From an uncultured archaeon (GTDB lineage: Archaea > Asgardarchaeota > Lokiarchaeia > Sigyniarchaeales > Promethearchaeaceae), in the NCBI GenBank assembly GCA_964426185.1, contig CAYRPF010000030.1:1-32000 (forward strand): 32,000 nt of DNA. The letters run 5' to 3'. The position numbers and the translations under genes were made by a program. How positions within the stretch are numbered: position 1 is the stretch's first letter; every line of letters begins with the position of its first letter. The notes beneath the pieces were generated by a model. It was not told the origin of the DNA and did not search any database. It saw only the letters and a list, made by a program, of their open reading frames with translations. Positions 7,665 to 15,330 of the stretch are shown here, piece after piece.

Positions 7665-8867
7665 TTATCGATCTCGCTTACCTTCGATAAATTCTTTCAC
7701 CCATTGTTTGGCAATTACATCTGACGGGGGTTGAATATGAGGATGTTTAAATGAAAAAGAACTGATCGATTCTAAACGACCAGATATTTTACGATCTAGT
7801 GCTAATTTCATCACTCGAATAATATCACAAACCACTCCAGCGCTGTTTGGCGAATCCTCGACACGAAGTTTCATGTCTGCAATTAATGAAAGACCTCCAA
7901 AGGTTTCACCCTCAATGCGGATATAACAAATTTTCTTATCTCGTAAAAATGGTACATAGTCAGAAGGTCCAATTCGACAATCAATATCATATGGTAAAAC
8001 ACTGGTAACTGCACTCGTCTTAGACTTTCTCTTAGTCGTTAGCCTGCTCTCCATTTTCATATTTTCAAAATCAGTATTGCCTCCGATATTCAATTGATAC
8101 GTGTTTTTTACAATTACTCCACGATCCAAGAAGAGTTTAGCCAAAACACGGTGAGAGATCGTGGCTCCAACTTGACTTTTTATATCATCGCCCGCGCATG
8201 GTAACCCCGCTTTTTCAAATTCTGCCACCCAATCTTTATCACCTTCTACATGTTCACTTACAATAAATTCTGGAATAGCATTAATAAATCCACAACCAGC
8301 ATCTATTGCCGCTTGTGCATAAGCTCTTGAAGCATGATATGATCCTACAGGAAGAAAGTTTACCAAAATATCTGCTTTTGTATCTCGTAGGACTTGAGCA
8401 ACGTCAACGGGTTCGATTTTTTGGGGATCGTAACGATGAAAACTTTCAACCATATGTGGTGCACATCCATCTAAAATTGGTCCAGGTTGCACAATTACAT
8501 TTAGTTTGGGCATTTTTTCATGGGGAACAATTGGTTGAACAACATTAGGAGGTTCATATATTGCATCTGCAACATCCTTTCCAATTTTAAGAGCATTAAT
8601 TTCAAAAGAAGCTACAAATTTGATATCACGGTAAAGATATCCTCCAACACTTGGATTCATCAAACCCTTGATATATGAGTCTACAGGACTGATATTTTTA
8701 TAATATTCGGTTCCCATTACCAAAGCAGCTGCACAGTTTCCTAATCCCGCGAGGGCTACGCGTATTTCGCGCTTTTTATCTGTTCTTGGAGGAACAATGG
8801 AATCCCCTATAGTCATTTCGGATTTATCTGCAATTTCATCAATAAAATTTTGCTCATTCTCTTTCAT
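7665..8867 (-). CDS. ino1: Myo-inositol-1-phosphate synthase
   Basis: 'GLGNCA' Rossmann motif, 'NFLPVGS', 'GDDIKSQVGAT', 'YQLNIGGNTDF', 'VEDSPNSAG'. Confidence 0.97.
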   Translation of the reverse strand: MKENEQNFIDEIADKSEMTIGDSIVPPRTDKKREIRVALAGLGNCAAALVMGTEYYKNISPVDSYIKGLMNPSVGGYLYRDIKFVASFEINALKIGKDVADAIYEPPNVVQPIVPHEKMPKLNVIVQPGPILDGCAPHMVESFHRYDPQKIEPVDVAQVLRDTKADILVNFLPVGSYHASRAYAQAAIDAGCGFINAIPEFIVSEHVEGDKDWVAEFEKAGLPCAGDDIKSQVGATISHRVLAKLFLDRGVIVKNTYQLNIGGNTDFENMKMESRLTTKRKSKTSAVTSVLPYDIDCRIGPSDYVPFLRDKKICYIRIEGETFGGLSLIADMKLRVEDSPNSAGVVCDIIRVMKLALDRKISGRLESISSFSFKHPHIQPPSDVIAKQWVKEFIEGKRDR

Positions 8868-8946
8868 TTATTGTACACCTAAATTCTAAAAAAATTTGCT
8901 GTAAACATTTATTTTGGGAATGTAAATTAAAGGTTCGCGTTTTATA

Positions 8947-8963
8947 GATCCTATAATAGGATC
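8947..8963. promoter_or_regulatory. 17-bp palindrome, putative operator between divergent ino1 and RHH gene
   Basis: GATCCTAT-A-ATAGGATC with perfect 8-bp arms, abutting a TATA-like TTTTATA (8940-8946). Confidence 0.55.
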
Positions 8964-9007
8964 AAAATAGGAATATATACATATTTTCCTGATTTATTTC
9001 ATATTTA

Positions 9008-9475
9008 ATGTCGAATCAACGAGATTATAACCAAGTTGAAATGGTTCGCTTGAAATTGTATATTCCACTTGAAAAATATCATCAATGGATGCATTATTTG
9101 AAACAAAATCATCCTAATTCTCAATTTTTTACAAATTTTAGCAATTGGGTTCGCACAGCTTTAATTAAGCTTCCATCTCCAGGTGTATCTCCATTATTTC
9201 CCAAATCAATTGAAAATCTAAGTAATGATCATTCTGCCAGAAAAATGCTAGAAAAGGTGGTCTGGATAAAAAAATCAACTAAAATGTCATTATTGGAAAG
9301 GAAAGGTCATTTTTCTTTGAATAGTTACGTAATCCTCATTTTGGATATTCATACCTTTGGGATATCTTCATTTCAATCACTTATCTATCAAATCTTGCAA
9401 CTTCAATCCCGAGTAAATGAAATTGAAGAAAAAGTGAGAATAATAGATGAAAAATTAGTTTTTTTTAAGGAATAG
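9008..9475 (+). CDS. Putative tandem ribbon-helix-helix DNA-binding protein with C-terminal coiled coil
   Basis: 'RLKLYIPLEKYHQW...NFSNWVRTAL' and 'KVVWIKKSTKMSL...SLNSYVILIL' each fit strand-helix-helix; the tail is heptad-like. Confidence 0.5.
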   Translation: MSNQRDYNQVEMVRLKLYIPLEKYHQWMHYLKQNHPNSQFFTNFSNWVRTALIKLPSPGVSPLFPKSIENLSNDHSARKMLEKVVWIKKSTKMSLLERKGHFSLNSYVILILDIHTFGISSFQSLIYQILQLQSRVNEIEEKVRIIDEKLVFFKE

Positions 9476-9549
9476 GCTCAGTGTGGGGCGACAATTTCAT
9501 CTGCTTTGCATCATTTGTCATAGGTTCATCATTGCCCAGAAATTATTAT

Positions 9550-9828
9550 TTAACAATATTCTTTGATACACTTTAGAAATTCGTATCCACGAGCTGATAC
9601 TTTATAACTATCTTCTCCATGTTGTTCAATTAGTTTTAAATTCAAAAGAACAGGCATTCTTCCTGAGATACAAGCATGAGGAACACCCGACATCATTTGG
9701 ATAGAATCACGATTTTCTGCTCCACGTGCAATTGCGATAAGCATTTGAATACCAAATTCACCCAAAATATATTTATAACTGCGTAATTCTTCCAAATCAT
9801 AGGAAACATCTGTTGAAGTTCCATCCAT
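9550..9828 (-). CDS. Small winged helix-turn-helix protein
   Basis: 'IQMLIAIARGA...IQMMSGVPHACISGRMPVLLNLKLIE....YKVSARG' is a wHTH pattern. ATG at 9828 is preferred over the upstream TTG at 9879. Confidence 0.75.
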   Translation of the reverse strand: MDGTSTDVSYDLEELRSYKYILGEFGIQMLIAIARGAENRDSIQMMSGVPHACISGRMPVLLNLKLIEQHGEDSYKVSARGYEFLKCIKEYC

Positions 9829-9904
9829 AAAATCAACTGGTGGTATTATAAGTACCAAATTTTTGAAATACTCAAACAATTACAATGTTCAATAAAAAAA
9901 AAAA

Positions 9905-10375
9905 TTATCCATTTTCGAAATGATCTTGAAAATGAATAAGTTCTCCTTCACAACGTTGAATATTTGAACTGCTTCTGAATTGATCAATCAATTCTTTGAA
10001 TTTAATCCATTGAGAATGTTCATCTGATACTCCAATGTAATATTCTACAATATAAGAGGAGTTGCTTCTACTCAAACCTGTCGTATGAATAACAGAATAA
10101 GAATTTAATAGTTGAGAATGTTTTTTGTATTCTTTCATTCCTTCATTTGTAAATTTAAAATAGATTTTAACAACAGTGAAAAAATTCCCAGGATAGCAAG
10201 TAATCCGAGAAAGTTTTGGGTAAATAGCATAAACGCATAAAATAGAACTATATTCGCTATATAACCGCGGTAATTGGGGTGATTTTAGAAAATTATCATA
10301 TTCTTCAACCGAAATCAAAAACCCTTCCGTGATCGGAGTCCTCTTTTGAAAAAACGGGTATCGATCTCGATTCAT
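9905..10375 (-). CDS. Hypothetical protein, C-terminal ACT-like (beta-alpha-beta-beta-alpha-beta) domain
   Basis: 156 aa; alternating pattern 'VVKIYFKF / helix / VIHTTGL / YIVEYYI / helix / CEGELI'. Confidence 0.5.
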   Translation of the reverse strand: MNRDRYPFFQKRTPITEGFLISVEEYDNFLKSPQLPRLYSEYSSILCVYAIYPKLSRITCYPGNFFTVVKIYFKFTNEGMKEYKKHSQLLNSYSVIHTTGLSRSNSSYIVEYYIGVSDEHSQWIKFKELIDQFRSSSNIQRCEGELIHFQDHFENG

Positions 10376-10428
10376 ATATTATGATATTAAATTCTACCTT
10401 TAATTTTCTTAGCATTTATAAAAGAAAA

Positions 10429-10797
10429 TTACTGATCATCTCTTTTAGGTGGAATTGTATTGAATATCTCACGCCAAATTTTAAGGGTTTTTTTTATTGT
10501 CCCTGAAGTTTTGCGAGTATGAAAAATCACAGGAATACGTTCTATCCTAGTTATGAAGGTCATACTTGTAATAAGTTCCCATTTTGAAACATTATCGCAC
10601 CTAATTATCCCAATTCGATTAATTGGATCCCATCTAATCATCCATAGTCCAGCTTTAAAACAAATTTTCTGCCCAAAAAGTATTTGCATCTGATCCCATA
10701 TTACTTTCATTATTTGTTCTTTAAAAATATGAATTGACACATTCTTAGGCAATGTAAATACTTCAAATAACACATATCTTTGGCGTATGGTTTTCAT
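10429..10797 (-). CDS. rnp2: Ribonuclease P protein component 2 (Pop5/Rpp14)
   Basis: 'RQRYVLFEV', 'LFG', 'GIIRC', 'TSGTIKK'; adjacent to Rpp30. Confidence 0.92.
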   Translation of the reverse strand: MKTIRQRYVLFEVFTLPKNVSIHIFKEQIMKVIWDQMQILFGQKICFKAGLWMIRWDPINRIGIIRCDNVSKWELITSMTFITRIERIPVIFHTRKTSGTIKKTLKIWREIFNTIPPKRDDQ

Positions 10798-10808
10798 TTG
10801 GTAAGTTC

Positions 10809-11603
10809 CTATAATTTTGAATTTTTATTCACGATTTCAACCCCAGGTTGAATAAAAACCTTTAAATCTCGCTTAATAAATTGAAGTGCTTTCTGTTCTC
10901 CATTTTCGCGAAGAATCTTATTTACTTGAACCTCGGGAATGTTCAAAAGTGAAATCAATATTGCACCAATTTCCCGAGGACCTCGATAATATTGTAATGG
11001 AATCTTGGAAGGGTGCTCTCCAACTCCTAAAAGGTATGAATAAGTAAAAGGTTTAGCCTGTTTGAATAACTTATAGAGATTTCGTAAAATCCGAGTTCGC
11101 TTATTTCCGTAGCTTGTTATAAGTTCGTTTATGTGAAGATCTAGATAAACGCGATTCTGTTTTAAAAGTGACAATACACCTTTTGAAATATTTTTAAAAT
11201 ATTCCATGGATGGAAGTGTAATCAAGTCAACTCGGCCGTCACGCGCTGCAACTTCAAGAATTTCTTTATTAGTAGATTGAACTGCAATTAAACATCTTCT
11301 TCCTACCCACTGAGCAAGTTCTTGTTTAAGTCCTGAAACATTTTTTGGTTCCAAAGTCACACGTGGAAAAAGTAAAATAGGGGAAGAGGGAGTTTGATAA
11401 AATTTCAAACTGGAAATTTGAAGAGGGAGGGAGATTGCAGGTGGTTTTTTATGGAAATAGGTTGAATTGATCAAAATTTTATATTCCTTAGCATCTACAA
11501 CATTTACAAATGTTCCTTGATAACCACACCTATATAAAAGTTGAAGATTTGCTTCAAAATCTGTTGGATCAGAACTCCATGCGAGAAAGCTATTGATAAA
11601 CAT
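10809..11603 (-). CDS. rnp3: Ribonuclease P protein component 3 (Rpp30)
   Basis: 'LIAVQS...AARDGRVDLI', 'RGPRE' motif; conserved L15e-DUF54-Rpp30-Pop5 gene order. Confidence 0.85.
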   Translation of the reverse strand: MFINSFLAWSSDPTDFEANLQLLYRCGYQGTFVNVVDAKEYKILINSTYFHKKPPAISLPLQISSLKFYQTPSSPILLFPRVTLEPKNVSGLKQELAQWVGRRCLIAVQSTNKEILEVAARDGRVDLITLPSMEYFKNISKGVLSLLKQNRVYLDLHINELITSYGNKRTRILRNLYKLFKQAKPFTYSYLLGVGEHPSKIPLQYYRGPREIGAILISLLNIPEVQVNKILRENGEQKALQFIKRDLKVFIQPGVEIVNKNSKL

Positions 11604-11615
11604 AATTAACTGCCA

Positions 11616-12122
11616 CTACTCTCCAAGAAAGATGTTGAATTTATGTAAATAATTTATAATATGTTGAGAATTTAAATGAGCTTTCGGATTTTTATTAAAA
11701 AAGGCGATTATAACTTGGAATACATCAGAATGAGATACTAACTGTAATCGCCCTAAAACTGCTTCTTGTTTATCCAACCGTAAAAATAATTTAAATTTGG
11801 AATCCAATCGAGACTCTAATTCTCTCAGTAATTGACGTTTGCTTTGTTCGCTTAGATGTTCACCAAGATAGGACATAAATTGTTTAATCAATTTTTGAGT
11901 TGTAATTCGTAGAACAAGAGGAGTTATGGATTGCCCATAAAAACCATGGCATTGATCAGCTTGAATTTCTAATTTATTATCTTCGCTTCCAGTTAGATTA
12001 TCAAAGAAATGGAAAATTTTCTCTCTTGACTCCGTGGCATGTATAAAAGTTCGAATTTCAATTTGACGAATTTTTAATATTGGTTCTTGCGGATTATTAT
12101 TTTTTGGATGAGTGTGACCCAT
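11616..12122 (-). CDS. DUF54/COG1325 family putative RNA-binding protein
   Basis: 'FIHATESREK', 'GFYGQSI', 'LFLRLDKQEA'; syntenic position after L15e. Confidence 0.88.
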   Translation of the reverse strand: MGHTHPKNNNPQEPILKIRQIEIRTFIHATESREKIFHFFDNLTGSEDNKLEIQADQCHGFYGQSITPLVLRITTQKLIKQFMSYLGEHLSEQSKRQLLRELESRLDSKFKLFLRLDKQEAVLGRLQLVSHSDVFQVIIAFFNKNPKAHLNSQHIINYLHKFNIFLGE

Positions 12123-12185
12123 TGAATGAATTCCGCCAGTTGGTAAATTGAGAGAAAAAATAAGTAAAATTAGAAAAAGAAAAAT

Positions 12186-12770
12186 CTAATGAAGATTTCT
12201 ATTTGCTCGTAAAGAGGGTCGAATTTTCTCGGTACCTCGTCCTTTACGATGTAAACCACGACTGTGCTTTCCTGCTGAAGTTAATCCGCGAAAAACACGG
12301 GAATGATTATTCGGATGTGTAATCCAGTTAATTTTACGATCGTTTTTGATTACTGGGTGGTTTGGATCCACCAAAATAACTTCAAAGAAATGACTTCTCC
12401 CATCAGATCCAATTTTATAAGAATTTAACACTTCTAAGTTGGTAAATTTCTTTGCAGTTCTTTCTTCAGCGATCCATTGCAAAGATTTTTTTGGGGTTAT
12501 ACGACGAACACCTAAATTCGCAGGTTTTCGACCCATTTTAGGTCGAATTTTGTGTAGCGTTCCACGACGAACTTTAGTAATCGCTACTATATAACCTTGT
12601 TTAGCACGATATCCCAATTCCCGAGCACGAGCAATATTGGTAGGATGCTCAACGCGCACAGTAGTTGGTCCTCGCCTAAGTTTTATCATCCGCTTCCAAA
12701 ATTCAGATTGATAAGATTCATCGTGCTGCTTAAATGTTTGGGAAACATAACTATATCCGGATTTGACCAT
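12186..12770 (-). CDS. rpl15e: 50S ribosomal protein L15e
   Basis: 'ARELGYRAKQG', 'LQWIAEER', 'NLEVLNSY', 'FEVILVDP', 'RVFRGLTSAG'. ATG at 12770 gives 194 aa; the ORF track starts at GTG 12806. Confidence 0.97.
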   Translation of the reverse strand: MVKSGYSYVSQTFKQHDESYQSEFWKRMIKLRRGPTTVRVEHPTNIARARELGYRAKQGYIVAITKVRRGTLHKIRPKMGRKPANLGVRRITPKKSLQWIAEERTAKKFTNLEVLNSYKIGSDGRSHFFEVILVDPNHPVIKNDRKINWITHPNNHSRVFRGLTSAGKHSRGLHRKGRGTEKIRPSLRANRNLH

Positions 12771-12991
12771 AATACGTTTCGACTCGAACTTGCTAATAAG
12801 TGTCACAAATCGACAAATATTAATAATTTTACGATTCTAGTAAAAAACCATTTTAGGCAAAAAATTTAATAGGCATCCTTACAAAACTCCCAAAATATCT
12901 ACGGAAATTACTCAAATTTAAAAATATAAGAAAAAGAAAAGAGAAAATCAAAAAAATTCGGAATTAAAAAAGAAATTGATGAATAAAATCG

Positions 12992-13684
12992 TTATAATTC
13001 TGGAACATTTTTTGATAATTTTACAGGTTTCGAAGTATCCGGTGCCTTTCCATCTCCAATTGCCTGATAAATGGCAGTTCGGCGCGCTAATTCCGAAAAA
13101 ACTTGGTAAACATTCATTGCATTTTCATAAAGCGCAATACTTTCATAAACAATTGGATTCCACATATGTAGTGGATGTGATGGGGGATAAAATAGATTTT
13201 CTTGTTTCAGAATTTCTTCTACTTCTCTTTTCTTCATAGTATCAGGTAAATCTTGTTTATTAACCATAACTAAAAGCGGAATGTCTGAAATTAATTTTCC
13301 TTCAGATACATTCTTTAATTCTTTTAATGCTTGAATGTTATCTTCCAATCTGCTACGTTGAGCATCAAACATTAAAATTACACCATCAGTTCCTGTAAAA
13401 ATTTTTTTACGTAAAGGACTGAAACGAGCTTGGCCAGCAGTGGTATAAACATGGTAAAAAACCTTATTCTCCTTTTTAGATTGAAATATTCCCCGATCAA
13501 AGTAAAGAGTAGAACCACTCGCCATCGCAATTTTTGTCAAAGTTCCTGTAGGTTCGACTGCATCGTTATATTTCTCTTTACATAACCGATACAAACTATC
13601 GACGGCAGTAGTTTTTCCACTTCCAGCGCATCCCCAATAAAGTAACTTAACAAAAACTTCCCCATTTTTATACAATCGAACCAT
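12992..13684 (-). CDS. MglA-like small GTPase (Ras superfamily)
   Basis: G1 GCAGSGKTT, MglA-type G2 'TLYFD', G3 'TTAGQ' lacking the Ras Asp (as in MglA TVPGQ), G4 NKQD, G5-like 'SIA'. Confidence 0.9.
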   Translation of the reverse strand: MVRLYKNGEVFVKLLYWGCAGSGKTTAVDSLYRLCKEKYNDAVEPTGTLTKIAMASGSTLYFDRGIFQSKKENKVFYHVYTTAGQARFSPLRKKIFTGTDGVILMFDAQRSRLEDNIQALKELKNVSEGKLISDIPLLVMVNKQDLPDTMKKREVEEILKQENLFYPPSHPLHMWNPIVYESIALYENAMNVYQVFSELARRTAIYQAIGDGKAPDTSKPVKLSKNVPEL

Positions 13685-13795
13685 CGATTTTAAACCCCAT
13701 TTGATAAAAAATTTACTAATAAATGATCAATCTTAATAATGTTATTTTTTTGTAACCTATAAAGTTTTTAGATCTTCAACCCTTAGAAGATTATC

Positions 13796-14026
13796 ATGAA
13801 CACAAATTATCCAAAACAAGGATATTGCATTCAATGTGGCGCAAAAATAAGTTGGAATCCCCAAAACCCATATTGTTCTTTATGTGGGACCACGTGTAAT
13901 GCGTGTAATCGATTTTCTGGAACAGATAACATTGCAATGTATTGTCATATGTGCGGTGAAGCGGTATATGTGGAAGAAAAAAAACCAATTTGCGATGTTT
14001 GTTTAAAAAAATTATCCGATGATTGA
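13796..14026 (+). CDS. Small multi-CxxC zinc-binding protein
   Basis: 76 aa with five CxxC pairs and an internal repeat 'YC..CG.......P.C..C'. TATA-like 'TATAAA' lies ~35 bp upstream; the 3' end overlaps serS by 15 nt. Confidence 0.75.
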   Translation: MNTNYPKQGYCIQCGAKISWNPQNPYCSLCGTTCNACNRFSGTDNIAMYCHMCGEAVYVEEKKPICDVCLKKLSDD

Positions 14027-15289
14027 TTTCCCATTCATATACGGTATCAAAACATCTGGAACCCTAACTGTTCCATTTTCTTGCTGATAATTCTCTAAGA
14101 TACAGCAAATGGTTCGTTCTGTGGCAATAGCTGTGCTATTTAATGTATGTGCAGTTTTAAAAGTTTCTTTATCTCCAAGTACTCCACTACGAATATTTAA
14201 CTTTCGAGCTTGATAATCGGTACAATTTGAACAACTTACTAGTTCTCGAAATGTCTGACTAGCCGGAAAATAAGCTTCTAAATCATATTTCTTAGCCGCA
14301 TTGTCATTAAGCTCTCCACTGGCAATACTTACGATCCGATATGGAAGATTTAAGCGTTTGTAAATTTCTTCGGCATTCGCAATTAATTCTTCATGCAAGT
14401 TCACAGAATCTTCTGGATTACAAATTACAAATTGCTCTACTTTTTCAAATTGATGAACACGGAATATTCCCAGGGTATCTTTACCATGTGAACCAGCTTC
14501 TCGTCGAAAACAAGTGGAAACTCCACAATATTTCATGGGAAATTTTCTTTCATCTAAAATTTCACCGCGATGTAATGCTGCTAAAGTTTGTTCACTAGTA
14601 GCAATTAGGAAAAGATCATCCCCCTCGATTTTATATAATTGTTCATCAAAATCATGGAGTTCCGCAGCTTCTGACATTACTTGTCTATTCATCATAAATG
14701 GTGTCCAAAAAGGAGTATATCCTTTTTCAACTAAAATATCTATTGCAAATCGGATAAGCGCAAGATTTAACAATACCAAATCTCCTTTTAAGTAATAAGC
14801 GCGTGATCCTGCAATTTTTGAGGCGCGATCTAATTCAACTCCGTCAATCTTGTCAACTAGATTAACATGATTTAATGGTACAAATGGAAAAGTAGTTGGA
14901 GATCCAAATTCTCTAATTATTTGGTCCCCACTCTCATCTTCCGCTATTGGAACATCTGGCATCAAAATATTTCCAACTTTATACCGATATTTATCTCGAA
15001 ATTCGAGATATTCATCTACAAGAGGTTCTAATCGAGCAATTTCTTGTTTTACTTCTTTTGAACGAGTTTTCAATTCTTGTAATTTATCAAGATTATTTTT
15101 TCCTATGGATTTAAATGATTTTGATATTTGATTTCGTTTAGTTCTTAAATCTTGTAATTTTTGTAAGTTTTCACGCCATAATGTATCATATTTAATCACA
15201 TTATCAACGTTTTCTGTGGTTCGAAATCTTTTTTTCTCTGATTCACGTATAATATCTGGAGTGTCTCGGAATAGTTTAATATCCAACAT
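14012..15289 (-). CDS. serS: Serine--tRNA ligase (type 1)
   Basis: 'MLDIKLFR', N-terminal coiled arm, 'LIATSEQ', motif 2 'CFRREAG...GIFRVHQFEKVE', 'ELVSCSNCTDYQAR', 'HTLNSTAIATER'. Confidence 0.98.
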   Translation of the reverse strand: MLDIKLFRDTPDIIRESEKKRFRTTENVDNVIKYDTLWRENLQKLQDLRTKRNQISKSFKSIGKNNLDKLQELKTRSKEVKQEIARLEPLVDEYLEFRDKYRYKVGNILMPDVPIAEDESGDQIIREFGSPTTFPFVPLNHVNLVDKIDGVELDRASKIAGSRAYYLKGDLVLLNLALIRFAIDILVEKGYTPFWTPFMMNRQVMSEAAELHDFDEQLYKIEGDDLFLIATSEQTLAALHRGEILDERKFPMKYCGVSTCFRREAGSHGKDTLGIFRVHQFEKVEQFVICNPEDSVNLHEELIANAEEIYKRLNLPYRIVSIASGELNDNAAKKYDLEAYFPASQTFRELVSCSNCTDYQARKLNIRSGVLGDKETFKTAHTLNSTAIATERTICCILENYQQENGTVRVPDVLIPYMNGKSIIG

Positions 15290-15330
15290 TCTTTACATTC
15301 AACTCAATTAATTTAATTTTTCGTATTTTT

